A DNA stretch of 64,000 nucleotides from an uncultured Acidimicrobiia bacterium (GCA_963770105.1 CAVYOL010000002.1:392247-456246), one strand, 5' to 3'; shown: positions 40,309 through 53,518, counted from the first letter of the stretch. Notes: generated by a model not told the origin, from the letters alone. Program-made: numbers and translations.

Positions 40309-41510
40309 ATGCGCATCCTGATGGTCTCCAACCTCTGGCCTCCGGAGGTGGTCGGCGGCGCCGAGCAGTACGCCGTCGGCCCTCGCGGACCGCCTGCGCG
40401 CCGACGGGCCACGAGGTCGCAGCGCTCACCCTCGGGGTCGACGGGCCGGACGTCGTCGCGCCAGGTCGAGCCGTGGCCGTACCCGATCCAGGAGCACGCC
40501 GGCGCAGCCGCGTACGAAGCGGCTCGCGTTCCACGCGGTCGACCTCTACAACCCGCGGGCCGGCCGCACGCTCGACGCGGTCCTCGACGAGCTGCAGCCC
40601 GACGTCGTGCACACGACACGCGGTGCAGGGCCTCTCGAGCGTCGCGCTCACCCGGCCGGGCCGACGCGGCGTCGCCGCACGTCCACACGCTCCACGACTA
40701 CTGGCTGCTGTGCCAGCGCAACTCGATGGTGCATCGCGACGGTGCGGCGTGCGACGCCCGGTGCCGCTCGTGCGTCGGCATCTCGTCGGATCCGGAACGA
40801 GGCCATCCGTCGGACATCGCCGCCCGGCGTGGTGCTCGCGGTCGTCGCGGGCCATCGCCGACGAGCACGAGGAGCTCGGCGTGGCACGAAGTCCCGGACG
40901 CGCGTGCTCTACAACCCGGTCGAGATCGTGACCGGCGGCCGCGCCACGCCGCGCGGCGATCGCCGGCCGCTCACGTTCGGCTACCTCGGGCCGGCTCGGC
41001 GTCGACAAGGGCGTCGGCACGCTCCTCGAGCGCGTTCGCGCGCGGCCGGATGTCGGCGACGCCCGCCTCGTCGTCGCCGGCCGGGGCCCGCTCGAGGCCG
41101 ACGTGCGCGGCAGCCGGGATCCTCGCGTCGTCGCCGCCGGTTGGGTCGACCCGCGACGCAGAAGGAGGCGCTGCTTCGACGAGGTCGACTGCCTCGTCGT
41201 GCCGTCGCAGTGGAAGGACCCGGCGCCGGTCGTCGTCAACGAGGCGCGTGGCCGGGGCATCCCGGTGATCGGCGCCACCATCGGCGGCATCCCCGAGCTG
41301 ATCGCGCCGGAGTGCCGGCCGCTGCTGTTCCCGACCGGGCGACGGCGCCGCGCTGGCCGCACGGCTCGAGACCTACGCCACGACGCCGGAGCAGTACCGG
41401 CCCGTCCCGGCGGCCGCGCCGATCGACTGGCCCGGTCATCTCGACGCCGTGCTGGCGGCGTACGCCGAGGCCCGGCCGGCCGGCGCCGGGCTCACGCGAC
41501 GCGCTGATGA
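40309..41510 (+). CDS. Glycosyltransferase family 4 (heavily frameshifted; end approximate)
   Basis: MRILMVSNLWPPEVVGGAE, HTLHDYWLLC, VVPSQWKDPAPVVVNEA..GIPVIG..IGGIPELI. Confidence 0.78.
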
Positions 41511-41559
41511 CCACGGTGCGTGGCCACAGACCCCGGTCAGGCCCCTAAGATCGTCTGAT

Positions 41560-43246
41560 GGGAGTGGGTTCGGACGCGCTGCGTCGCGGTCGCCGGGCGC
41601 GCTCGTCGGGTGAGCCCGACGAGCCGCCGAGCCGCGGGACGGGCGACTGCCTCGCGCCGGGCCGGGAGCGACTCGGTCTGGCTGATCCTCGCGGTCGCCG
41701 CAGTCATCCTCATCGGGATCGGGCTGCGCTTCTTCGCCCGGTCGGACCTCTGGGCCGACGAGGTGCTGTCGGTCAACATCGCCAGGCTGCCGCTCGTCCC
41801 ACCTGCGCGAGCGCGCTGCAGTCACGACGGCGCGCCGCCGCTCTACTACGTCCTCCTGCACGTCTGGATGCGGGTGTTCGGCACCGGCAACGAGACCGCG
41901 GTCCGCGCGCTCTCGGGGATCTTCGGCGTGCTCACGCTCGTCCCGACGTGGTTCATCGGCCGCCGGCTCGACGCTGCGCCGCCGGATCGCGGCTGGCGCT
42001 GCAGACGCCGGCTCGCGCACGTCGCGTGGGCGACGGTGCTCCTGCTCGCCGCTGTCGCCGTTCGCGATCCGGTACTCGACCGAGACCCGCATGTACTCGC
42101 TCGTCATGCTGCTGGTCTTCGCTCGGGTACCTCGCGATCGTGCGCGCGCTCGATCGCCCGTCGTGGGGTCGGCTCGCTGTGCGCTCGCGCTCATGACCGG
42201 GCTGCTGCTCTACACGCACTACTGGTCGTTCGCGCTGCTCGCCGTCGTCGGCCGCTGACGGTCGCGGTACATCGCGGTTCCGGCGCGACGGCGCCGACCG
42301 CGTCCGCGCCGCTCTCGGTGCTCGGCGCGTTCGTCGTCGGAGCGCTCACGTTCGTGCCCTGGGTGCCGATCGTTCCGCTACCAGGAGCTCCATCACACCG
42401 GCACGCCGTGGGGCGCGCCGGTGAGCCCGGTCGAGCAGCGGCCGAGGCGGTGAAGTCGTTCGGCGGCAACATGCACATCGTCGGGCTGGACGCTGCTGTT
42501 CCTCGTCCTGCTCGGGGTGTTCGCCGGACCATCGGCGACGGCCGCCACGTCGATCGTCGACCTCTGACCCGACGCGGCGTCCGACGTCGAGGCCGGCCTC
42601 GGCGTTCGGCACGCTCGGCGCTCGGCCTGTTGCTCGTCGGGCGACTCAGCGGCACCACGTTCGAGGGCCGCTACGCGTCGGTCGATGTTCCCGCTGTTCC
42701 TCGCGATCGGCCGGCGTTCGGTCTGACTGTCGTTCGCGAGCCGAACGCGTGCGGTACCGGTGTGCTCGTCCTCGCTGCTGGTCGCTCGGAGCTCTGGGGC
42801 GGGATCAGCAACGTCGCGGCGGCAGCGGACGCAGGCGTTCCAGGTCGCGAACGCGATCATCCAGCGCGAGGCCGCCCCGGCGATCTGGTCGTCTACTGCC
42901 CGGACTCGATCGGCACCGACGTGAACCGCCTGCTGCCCTCGGACGTCCGCCAGGACGCAGCTCCCGGACTTCACGCTCCCCGGGTCGCATCGACTGGGTC
43001 GACTACCTGAAGCACGTCGACGCGATGGGCCGTACGACGCGGTCGCACGGAGATCCTGCGGCGCGCGGGCGATCACACGATCTGGTTCGTCTACACGACA
43101 ACGGCACCCAGCCGCTGCGACGAAGTGCGGACTAGGTCGCGGACACCTGTCGCTGTCGACGCCCGAACCGGATCCGCTCGATCGAACCCGATCCGTACTT
43201 CTTCGAGAACCAGGGCCTCTACGAGTACCCGCCCCGCACGCGTTGA
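41560..43246 (+). CDS. GT-C fold membrane glycosyltransferase (GT39/PMT/ArnT-like; heavily frameshifted; start approximate)
   Basis: DLWADEVLS, HDGAPPLYYVLLH.W..VFG, ETRMYSL, YTHYW, RY motif. Confidence 0.72.
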
Positions 43247-43255
43247 CCGGCCACG

Positions 43256-44624
43256 CTACGCGGCGAGCTGATCGCGGCCTTCAGCTCCGCCGCGAGGTTG
43301 CGGGCCCGCCGCACGGTCCGCCAGTACACGTCCTCCATGAGGATGTGCGCGAACTCGCCGTTGCGGCCGATGCTCGCGAGCCGGTCGACGCCGGTGCGTC
43401 GTCTCGAGCCGCTGCCGGTCGAGCTCGGTACGCGTTGTGGAACACGGGGTACGCGAGCGGCTGACGCACGACCCGGGAACCGAGGTAGTCGCGCCGGCGC
43501 GGTCGGGGATGATCTCGAGGAGCACGTCGATGCAGCGCTCGCCGACCTCGACGTCGTCCATCGTCCACCAGCTCGTCGCCGATCTCGGCGCCGATGTCGG
43601 CGGTGATCAGCGGTCTTGCCCTCGGGCGCGAGCCACGGCATCGACTTCGGCGTCTCGGTGAAGCGGAAGAACGGGTACTTCGCCTCGGGGGTCCACGTCA
43701 TCGTGTCGGGGATCAGGTCGCGGCCGCGGAGACGCAGGTTGACGAACACCATCGGCCGGAACCGGAACGCGCCGGAACGGCTCGAGCGCGTCGGTGCCGT
43801 CGACCAGCCGGGGCAGGACGTTGATCGGCGCGGTGCTGACGACGGCCGCGGCCGGGACCTGCTGGCCCGCGACCCGCACGCCGCACCGCGCCGGTCGCCG
43901 CTGACGGTGATGCACTCGACCGGGCTCTGCGAGCCGGATCGAGTCGGCGACGCTCCGCGGCGAGGCTGCTCGCACACGCGTCGAGATCCCGTGCTCGGGA
44001 TAGACGTGCCACACGTTGGCGCTCTGCGGCGCCTCCCGGCCGTAGCCGATCGCGACCGCGCGGTGCGTGAGCCGGGCGGCGAGCTTCAGGGCCGACCGTC
44101 TGCGCGATGCCACTCGGGATCTTGTCGGCGACGGCCGGTGACGAGCTCCGTGGCCGGCGCGCCCGACCACGCCTCGACGCAGCGGGCATCGCGATCTCGT
44201 CGGCGAGCGCGCGGCCGTACTCGACGGCGGAACTGGTCGGCGGCGGACGTCGCCGGACCCGTCGGCCGCTTCGCGCGACCGGCGCAGCGCCGAGACGACG
44301 TAGCGGGGCACCTTCAGGAGGCCCGCGGGGTAGTCGTAGCTCAGGCCGTGCACCCACACGGTCTCGCCGTAGTGCTCGACGACGCGGCAGCTGGTCGTTG
44401 ACGCCGGTCGCGGTCGCGAGGCGGTTGGTGATGAAGTGCGCGCCGGTGTCGAAGGTGAAGCCTTCGGCATCGTGGTGGCTGTCCGCCATCCCGCCGACCT
44501 TCGGGCCGGCTTCGTACAGCACCGCGTCGAGTCCGTTGCGCAGCAGCTCGCGGGTCATCGTGAGCCCGGCGATGCCGCCGCCGATCACGACGACCGGCGC
44601 AGTGCTGATCTCGGGGCCGCTCAT
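43256..44624 (-). CDS. FAD-dependent oxidoreductase (HemY/Glf-like Rossmann; frameshifted)
   Basis: VVIGGGIAGL, EAGPKVGG, FTFDTGAHF, AYPVF, IGRNGEFAH. Confidence 0.78.
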
Positions 44625-45716
44625 TCGGCGTCGGCGCTTCGGCGCAGGACGGCTCGGAGCAACGCGGCGCGACCCGCCCGCTGGTGCACCCAGTCGAAGA
44701 CGGTGAAGACCGCCAGCGGGATCGGCGACTCGAGCGAGAGCCAGTCGACGATCGGACGCGGCGCACCCCAGTCGTCCAGCGCGTTGCGGATCGAGTACAC
44801 CCAGTTCACCGGGCTGACCATCGTGTCGAGCGCTTCGACGTCGAACCCGGTGTGCGCCGCGAGCCGACCGAGCGACGGCGCGTCGAACAGGTACCAGTGG
44901 CGGGGGAAGTGGTACCCGCCCCAGTGGCGGCGCTTCGCGATGCGTGAAGTCGAGCGACCCGGTGTTGTCGGTCACCACCAGCAGGCGGCCGCCCGGTCGG
45001 AGCACGCGGCGGATCGCCGCCAGCAACGTCAGCGGGATCCGCAACGTGCTCGATGGTTTGGACCAGGATGGCGAAGTCGTAGTGCTCGCGCCGGGAGGTC
45101 GAGCTCTTCGATCGAGCCGCGGTGCACGACGAGGCCCCGTGCCTCGGCGGCGTCCGCCGCACGCGGATCGAGGTCCACGCCCTCGAGCTGCCAGCCGGAC
45201 GGACCGAACTCACGGAGGAGGTCGAGATGGAACCCGTCGCCGCAGCCGACGTCCAGGACCGCGGCGTTCGCGGGGAGCGGGCCGGCCGCGGCGAGGAGCC
45301 GGTGCGCCTCGAGCCGGCGCCGCACCTTGTAGACGAGCCCGAAGTTGTCCTCGGTGAACGAGAACGCGTGGTAGGTGTCCGGGTAGATCGTGGTCATCTC
45401 GGCCCGCGACCGGTCGCGGGTCCAGGTACACCAGGCCACACCGCGTCGCAGCGCACGGTGAGGAAGCTGTCCGGTGACGTCCGGTACTCGAAGTCCTCGC
45501 CGACGCCGACCGGCTCGGCCTCCCGGGTGCCGCAGATGCAGCAGCTCGCCGGCTCAGGGTCGAGCGGCCGCGGCGCCGACGTCGGGGCGGTCAGACCACA
45601 TCCGACGTCGAGTCGGGGAGCGGGTCGCGGAGTCGGGGCCCAGCGTCGTGATGTCCGTGATCGTACCGGGGGTCCACAGGTGGGGGATTCTCTGCGCGCG
45701 CTCCGTGTCCGGTGTG
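44621..45716 (-). CDS. Class I SAM-dependent methyltransferase with N-terminal Zn ribbon (frameshifted; start approximate)
   Basis: CCICG..., [32 protein letters not shown]. Confidence 0.78.
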
Positions 45717-45722
45717 GCCGGA

Positions 45723-46814
45723 TCAGGCCGGCAGCGCGAGGATCGCCGCGGCGACCCGCTCGCCCGCGTGGCCGTCGCCGTACGGCGTGGGCGAGTCGGC
45801 GAGTCGGGCGTGGAGCCCAGCGCAGGTCGGCGGCCCACGCGCGTCCCTGCCGGCCGATGGCGGGCCCCGGAGTCGACGAGCTCGGCGAACGTGCCGATGA
45901 CCTCGGGTCGTTCGGTCGAGCGCGCGCACGACGATCACCGGGCGCTTGACGATGCTCGCCTCTTCCTGGACGCCACCCGAGTCCGAGACGAGGAACGCGC
46001 ACTCTCGGGCGAGCCCGAGGAACTCGCGGTAGCCCACCGGGTCGATGACGCGCACGGAGCCGGCCGTGGCCCGTCCGATGCCCGCGAGCCGCGTGGCCGT
46101 GCGCGGGTGGAGGGGGAGGAGGACGGGAAGCGGGAGGGCGTCGAGCTCGGCGAAGATCACCCGCAGCTGCTCGTCGTCGTCGACGTTCTCCGGTCGATGG
46201 AACGTCGAGAGCACGTACCCGTCGGGCTCGAGGCCGAGCTCGGCGAGTCGTCCGGCTCGTTCCGGCGCGCCGGGCAGCATGTGGAGCGCGGCGTCGACGA
46301 CGGTGTTCCCGGTGACCACGACGCGCGGACCGGTGATGCCCTCGGCCGCGAGCTGGCTCGCGACTGGTCTCGGTCGGCGCGCAGCAGAGGTCGGCGAGGT
46401 GATCGGTGACGACCCGGTTGTGCTCCTCCGGCATCGCGCGGTCGTAGCTGCGCAACCCTGCCTCGACGTGGACCAAGGGGATGTTCGCGCGCGTTCGCGG
46501 CCAACGCGGCCGCCACCGTCGTGTTCGTGTCCCCCTGCACGACGACGACTTCGGGACGGTTCGCGGCAAACGCGTCGGTCGAGCAGCGCCGTCGCGCTCC
46601 CGATCTGCTCACCGCGCGGCGCGCCACCGACGTCGAGCTGCAGCGACGGTGGCTCGAGGTCCAGCTCCGCCAGCAACGCGCTCGCGAGCGCGGGGTCGTA
46701 GTGCTGTCCGGTGTGAATTGTCCGAGCTGTCCCACCGAGTGCCCACAGCACCGGCGCGAGCTTCACGACCTCCGGGCGGGTGCCGAACACGACGGCCACG
46801 CTGTGCTCTCGCAT
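45723..46814 (-). CDS. wecB: UDP-N-acetylglucosamine 2-epimerase, non-hydrolysing (WecB/WbpI-like; frameshifted)
   Basis: [62 protein letters not shown]. Confidence 0.9.
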   Translation of the reverse strand: MREHSVAVVFGTRPEVVKLAPVLWALGGTARTIHTGQHYDPALASALLAELDLEPPSLQLDVGGAPRGEQIGSATALLDRRVCREPSRSRRRAGGHEHDGGGRVGRERARTSPWSTSRQGCAATTARCRRSTTGSSPITSPTSAARRPRPVASQLAAEGITGPRVVVTGNTVVDAALHMLPGAPERAGRLAELGLEPDGYVLSTFHRPENVDDDEQLRVIFAELDALPLPVLLPLHPRTATRLAGIGRATAGSVRVIDPVGYREFLGLARECAFLVSDSGGVQEEASIVKRPVIVVRALDRTTRGHRHVRRARRLRGPPSAGRDARGPPTCAGLHARLADSPTPYGDGHAGERVAAAILALPA

Positions 46815-46981
46815 TCTCCTCCAGGAGCACGGGTGCGCCCGCGGTCGGGCAACGCGGAAAACGGTCCGATCCAACTCGTGGAACGGAAGGTGCCTACCGG
46901 TACAGTACGTGCGCGACCCGGGCAGGACGTGCACGGCGCGATCTCCGGTCGGCTGCGAGATGCCGGCTGGGAGAGGACTCG

Positions 46982-48221
46982 ATGATCCAAGTGCGGTCGA
47001 CGGAACCCGGACTCGCGCTTCCCAACGATCAAGACGCAAGTGGGCGCAGCCTCGGCGAGGCCGAGCTCGCGCGCCTGACCGACGTGATCACGAGCGGCAC
47101 GCTGACGAGCACGAAAGGGACGCAGGTGCCCGAGCTCGAGGCGCGCTTCGCGTCCGCGCTCGGTCGCCGAGCACCGCGGTGGCGTGCTCGTCGGGTACTT
47201 CCGCGATCCACGCGGCAATTGCCGCGGTCGATCCCGAGCCCGGTGACGAGATCATCACGACCGCGATCACGGACATGGGCGCACTCGCCCCGATCCTGTA
47301 CCAGGGTGCGATCCCGGTCTTCGCGGACGTCGATCCCGGACGGGCAACGTCACCGCGGCGACGATCGCAGACCGGCTCTCGGAGCGCACCGCGGCGATCG
47401 TCGTCACCCACCTCTTCGGCAACCCGGCCGACGTCGACGCGATCCGGGCGCTCGGCGACGCCAACGACGTCCCCGTGATCGAGGACTGCGCGCAGGCGTT
47501 CCTGGCTCGGCGGGCGGGGCGCCTCGTCGGCACGATCGGGTCGATCGGCTGCTTCAGCTCGCAGCAGGGAAAGCACATGACCACGGGCGAGGGTGGGCTC
47601 GTCATCTCGGACGATCCGGCGTACGCCCGCCGGATCCGCCTCTTCGTGAACAAGGCATGGCCGTACGGCGAGGAGAACCCCGACCACGAGTTCCTCGCGC
47701 TGAACTCGCGCATGACCGAGCTCCAGGGCGCGGTGGCGAACGGCCAGCTCGACAAGCTCGAGGCCGGCGTCGCCCAGCGGGTCGAGATGGCGCGGCTCCT
47801 CACCGACGACCTGGTCGGGCTCCCGGGCATCACGGCGCCCGTGGTGCGCGCCGACGACCTGATGACCTTCTGGAAGTACCCGCTGCTCGTCGACCCGGCC
47901 GTGGTCCCGGGCGGTCCACAGGCGCTCGCCGCGGAGCTGCGCGTCGGCGGGATCGCGTCCGCGCCCCGCTACATCCAGAAGCCCGCGTTCGCGTGCCGGG
48001 TGTTCACCGAGCAGCGCACGTTCGGCGACAGCCGGTGGCCGTTCACGCTCGCTCGGCCGGACGCGGTCGACTACCGATCCGAAAGGTTCCCCGGTACGTA
48101 CTCCTTCCTGGATAACGTCCTGGTACTTCCCTGGAACGAGCGGTATGAGACGCACCACGTCGAGCTCCTCGGCGAACGGATTCGCACCGCAGTCGAGCAC
48201 GTGATCGAAAGGGAACGATGA
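46982..48221 (+). CDS. DegT/DnrJ/EryC1/StrS sugar aminotransferase (frameshifted)
   Basis: SSGTSAIH, IEDCAQA, FSSQQGKHMTTGEGG, NSRMTELQGA. Confidence 0.9.
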
Positions 48222-49254
48222 CCGAGCTTTCGGGCCGTGAGCTCAAGATTGGCCTCATCGGCGCGGGCGGGATCGCCCAGTCGTACGTCAAGGTGTTCGA
48301 GGGACTCGAAGGGGCGCGGCTGACTGCCGTCGCAGATCCCCGCGGGCGCGCCGCGAGCACCGTCGCGGAAGCGGTGCGCGGCACCGCGTACCCGTCGCAC
48401 CGCGCGCTGCTCGAAGATGCGGACGTCGACGCGGTGCTGGTGTGCACGCCGCCGATCACGCATCCGGAGATCGTGCTGCAGGCGATCGAGCGCGGGCTCC
48501 ACGTCCTGTGCGAGAAGCCGCTCGCGATCGACGTCGGCAGCGCGTCGACGATGGTCGCGCCGCGGACAAGGCCGGTGTCATGTTCACGATGGCGGCGAAG
48601 TTCCGGTTCGTCGACGACGTGATCCGCGCCCGTCAGATCGTGGGCTCGGGGATCCTCGGCGAGCTGATGGTGCTCGAGAACGCGTTCGCCTCCCGCGTCG
48701 ACATGTCCCGGCGGTGGAACTCGGATCCCGCGGTGTCCGGCGGCGGCGTGCTGATCGACAACGGGACGCACTCCGTCGACATCGTCCGCTACTTCCTCGG
48801 CCCGATCGCCGAGGTCATGGCGGTCGAGGGCAAGCGGGTCCAGCGGCTCCCGGTGGAGGACACCGCGAGCATGCTCCTGCGCACGCCCGACGGCGTGCTC
48901 GGCACCGTCGACCTGTCGTGGAGCGTCGACCGCGTCACCGACACCTACCTCACCCTGTACGGATCCGAAGGCACGGTGAGCGTCGGCTGGAACGGCGCGC
49001 GCTACCGCCAGGCGTCGAGCCCCGAGTGGGTCGCGTTCGGCGAGGGCTACGACAAGATCACGTGCATGGGCGCGCAGGTCGCGAACTTCTGCGCCGCGAT
49101 CCGCGGTGACGAGGCGCTCGCGGTGACGGCCGACGACGCGATCGCGTCCGTCGCGGTCGTCGAGGCCGCGTACGTCGCGCTCGAGCGCAGTGACTGGATC
49201 GCGGTGCGGGATCTTCCGGGCGGCGACCGCGCCGCGGGTGAGCAGGTGGCATGA
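48218..49254 (+). CDS. Gfo/Idh/MocA family oxidoreductase (frameshift ~48560)
   Basis: IGLIGAGGIA, HVLCEKPLA, SGGGVLIDNGTH. Confidence 0.9.
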
Positions 49255-49896
49255 CGCCTCCGCAAGCCGGAGCGCGCATCCACCCGACCGCGGAGATCGA
49301 AGCCGGCGTCGAGATCGGCGCCGGCACGCGCGGTCTGGTCGGGCGTCCACGTGCGTGGGTCCGGGCACGCGCATCGGCGTCGACTGCATCGTCGGCGAGC
49401 GCACGTACATCGGGTACGGCGTGCAGATCGGCGACCGGGTGAAGCTGAACGCCTTCGTGTACGTCTGCACCGGCGTCACCATCGAGGACGGCGTGATGGT
49501 GGGCGCGGGCACGATCTTCACCAACGACCGGTACCCCCGCGCCACCACGCCCGACCTGGCGACGCTGCGCCCGTCGGAGCCGGACGAGCGCACGCTGCCC
49601 ACCCTCGTCGGCGAGGGCGCCACGATCGGCGCCGGGAGCGTGATCGGCTGCGACCTCACGATCGGCCGGTTCGCGATGGTCGGCATGGGATCGGTCGTGA
49701 CGCGCTCGGCTCCGCCGTTCCACCTCGTGGTCGGCCAGCCCGCGCGCTCGGTCGCCGTGATCTCCCGGGTGGGGAGCCGATCGTGCGCTTCTCCGGCGCG
49801 CGCCCGCCCGATCGCGAGGAGGTCGTGTGCCCGGTCAGCGGGCTCCGCTACGCGATCCGCGCCGGCGAGGTCATCGAGCTCGACCCTCCATCGTGA
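49251..49896 (+). CDS. Hexapeptide-repeat N-acyltransferase (WbpD-like; frameshifted)
   Basis: IHPTA, IG..C.VG, FTNDRYPR, GATIGAGS, GMGSVVTR. Confidence 0.85.
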
Positions 49897-51292
49897 GCTC
49901 GGAGGCCGACGCGGCGCCCGGGTCCGGGCGCGCCGCGGAGACATGGGCGGTGGTCGGGGGCGGGATGCTCGGGCTGACGCTCGCCCTGCGGTTGCGGGAG
50001 CAGGGCAAGCGGGTGACGGTGTTCGAGCGGGCCGATCGGTCGGGGGACTCGCGACGTGCGTGGTCGATCGACACGCCGGACGGTCCGATCACCTGGGACC
50101 GGCACTACCACGTCACGCTGCTCTCGGACGCGTCGCTGCGGCGCGTCCTCGCGCGAGCTCGGGCTCGACGCGCAGATGCAGTGGGTGGAGACGAAGACCG
50201 GGTACTACGCAGACGGTCACCTCTCGCTCGGTGTCGAACTCGGTCGAGTTCCTCAAGCTGCCCGGCCTGCCGATGATCTCGAAGCTGCGCCTCGCGCTGA
50301 CGATCGTGCACGGGTCGCGGGTGAAGGACTGGCGGCGGCTCGAGCAGGAGACCGGTCGAGGAGTGGCTCACGCGCTGGTCGGGCCGCGCGACGTTCGAGC
50401 GCTTCTGGTTGCCGCTGCTGCGGGCCAAGCTCGGCGAGAGCTGGCCGGAGGCGAACGCCGCGTTCATCTGGGCGACGATCCAGCGGCTCTACGCGGCGCG
50501 ACGCAGCGGGTTGAAGAAGGAGATGTTCGGCTACGTGCCGGGGGGCTACGCGCACGTGCTCGACCGGTTCGCCGCGCACCTGCGCGACCTCGGGCGTGGA
50601 GATCCGCTGCTCGGCGACGGTCGACGCGGGTGGAGCACGCCGGCGACGGGGTTGGAGGTGCACCTCGACGGTGAAGCCGGCGCGGCAGTTCGACCACGTC
50701 GTCGTCACCAGCGACACCGCGACCGCGCAGCGATCTGTGCCCGGACCTGACCGAGGTGGAGCGCGCCGGTTGCGCGGCATCCGTACCAGGGCATCGTCTG
50801 CGCGTCGCTCGTGCTGCGCCGGCCGCTGAGCGGCTACTACCTCACCTACCTGATGGACGACCTGCCGTTCACCGCGGTCGTCGAGATGACGGCGCTCGTC
50901 GACCCCGAGCAGCTCGGCGGCCACGCCCTCGTGTACCTGCCCAAGTACGTGGCGCCGGACGATCCGCTCTTCGACGTCCCCGACGACGAGATCGAGGCCC
51001 GCTTCCTCGCCGGGTCTCCAGAGGGTGTACCCGGGCCTGGAACGTGCCGATGTCCTCGGGGTGAGGATCTCCCGGGTTCGCCGCGTGTTCCCGATCCCGA
51101 CGCTCGGCTACTCGCGCCGCGTGCCGTCGATGACGACGAGCGTTGCCGGGCCTCCACCTCGTGAGCTCAGCGCAGATCGTGAACGGCACGCTCAACGTCA
51201 ACGAGACCGTCGAGCTCGCGGAGCAGGCGGCCACGACGCTTTCGGGCCGGGACGGCAGTACCGTGCCGGGGGACCTGGAGCGACGCACATGA
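49893..51292 (+). CDS. FAD-dependent oxidoreductase (HemY-like; heavily frameshifted)
   Basis: VVGGGMLG, WDRHYH, LLRAKLG, GYVPGGY, PFTAVVEMT, YLPKY, NGTLNVN. Confidence 0.78.
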
Positions 51293-52273
51293 ACCCTTCC
51301 TCGCGGAAGCCGCTCGCGAGCCTCTCGCTCGACGTGGACAACCAGTGGTCGTACATGAAGATCCACGGTGACGACGGCTGGGACTCCTTCCCGTCGTACC
51401 TCGACGTCCTCGCGCCGCGCGTGCTCGACGTGCTCGCCCGCCACGGCCTGCGCATCACCTTCTTCGTCGTCGGCCAGGACGCGGCACTCCCGGAGAACCG
51501 CGACGCGCTCGGCGCGCTCGCCGCCGCCGGTCACGAGATCGGCAACCACTCGTTCCGCCACGAGCCCTGGCTCCACCGCTACTCGGAAGCCGAGCTCGAC
51601 GAGGAGCTCCAGCGGGCCGAGGACGCGATCGAGTCGGCCACCGGGGTGCACACGGACGGCTTCCGCGGTCCCGGCTACAGCCTGTCCGAGACGACGCTGC
51701 GGGTGCTGCTGCGCCGCGGCTACGCGTACGACGCGTCGACGCTGCCGACCGTCATCGGGCCGCTCGCGCGCACGTACTACTTCCGCACCGCGCAGCTCAC
51801 CGCCGAGCAGCGGGACGAGCGCGAGCTGCTCTACGGCACCTGGGCCGACGGTCGCCGGCCGGTGCGTCCGTACCGCTGGGCCGTCGACGACCGCACGCTC
51901 CTCGAGCTCCCGGTCACGACCCTGCCCGGGCTCAAGGTGCCGATCCACGTCAGCTACCTCCTGATGCTCAGCGCGTACTCGCCGGCCGCCGCCCGGGCCG
52001 TACTTCGACGCCGCGCTGCGCGTCTGCCGTGCCACCGGCGTCGGGCCGTCGATCCTCATGCACCCGCTCGACCTCATCTCCGGCGACGACGTGAAGGAGC
52101 TCGCGCTTCTTCCCGGGCATGCAGATCGGCCTGGACGAGAAGCTCGCCCGGGTCGACTCGTACCTCGACCTCTTCCGGCGTCACTTCGACGTGGTGCCGA
52201 TGGGGGAGCACGCCCGGGCGCTCGCCGCGCGCGATCTCCCGGTGCGCGCGCCGTCTTCGCGGCGGCGTCGTGA
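51289..52273 (+). CDS. Polysaccharide deacetylase (NodB/CE4-like; frameshifted)
   Basis: SLDVD, TFFVVG, HEIGNHSFRH, GFRGPG, YDAS, ELPVT, HPLD. Confidence 0.85.
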
Positions 52274-53454
52274 CCGGAAGCGAGGCGTGGACCGCGCCGA
52301 ACGCCGCGGACGAGGCGCCGCACGGCGTGGCGGCCGAGCAGTCGAGCGTTCCGGGTGCGGTGCCGGAGTCGCGGCCGTTGGTCTCGGTGATCGTGCCCGC
52401 GTACAACGAGGCCGCGGTCGTCGTGGACACGCTCACCGCAGCTCTCGGCGTACCTGAGCGGCGCTCGAGGACCGGTACCGGTGGGAGATCGTCGTCGTCG
52501 AACGACGGCAGCACCGACGACACCGGCGCGCTCGCCGACGAGTTCGCGGCAACCCACCCGAACGTGCGCGTCCTGCATCACCGCGTGAACTTCCTGCTCG
52601 GTCAGGCGCTGCGCTACGCCTTCAACTCGACGAAGGGCGGACTACGTCGCGGTGATCGACTGCGACCTCAGCTACGACGTCGAGCACCTCGGCCGGATGC
52701 TCTACGCGATCCAGGACTCGAAGGCGCGCATCGTGATCGCGTCGCCCTACGCGAAGGGCGGTGAGACCACGAACATCCCGTTCGGCCGCCGGGTGATGAG
52801 CCGCGGCGCGAACTGGCTCCTGTCACGCGGCGGCGGGGCGAGCTCACCACCGTCACCGGGATGGTGCGGGTCTACGACGGCCGCTTCCTGCGCAGCCTCG
52901 ACCTGCGGGCGATGGACACCGAGATCAACACCGAGATCATCTACAAGGCGCAGATCCTCCACGCGCGCATCATCGAGATCCCGGCCCACCTCGACTGGTC
53001 GTTCCACAACACCGGTGGGGTCCGGCGCGCCGCGACGAACTTCCGGATCTCTCGCGGCACGATCTCGTCGCTGTTCTCGTCGTTCCTGTTCCGCCCGTTC
53101 CTGTTCTTCATGCTCCCGGGCCTGATCCTGCTCGCGGTCGCGGCGTACTCGTTCGGCTGGTGCACGTGGCACGTGTTCCAGGTCTGGGGCCAGCGCTCCG
53201 CGTTCGGGAACTCCGGGCTGACCGGCGCGATCCAGAACGCGTACGCCCGTGCCCCGCACACGTTCCTCTTCGCGGGCGTGACGCTGATCCTGGCGATCCA
53301 GCTCATCAGCCTCGGGGTCATCGCCGCGCAGGGCAAGCGCTACTTCGAGGAGCTGTTCCACCTCGGGACGTCCATCTACCGCCAGGTCCGGCCCGACGAG
53401 GGCGGCACCGCGGACCCGGAGGCAGACCCAGAAGACGAACCGATCCCTAGGTAG
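52270..53454 (+). CDS. GT2 polyprenol-phosphate glycosyltransferase-like protein with two C-terminal TM helices (frameshifted)
   Basis: [33 protein letters not shown]; C-terminal TM pair. Confidence 0.82.
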
Positions 53455-53518
53455 AGTGCTGTCGAGCCCCGGGCGGCCTGCCCCGGGCGAATCGCACGAT
53501 TCCCAGGAGAGAGCGACC

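Noticed and set aside
53455-53518. ZTP (pfl) riboswitch upstream of glyA
   Set aside because: The region is short and has only a GC hairpin; the conserved motif elements are not evident.
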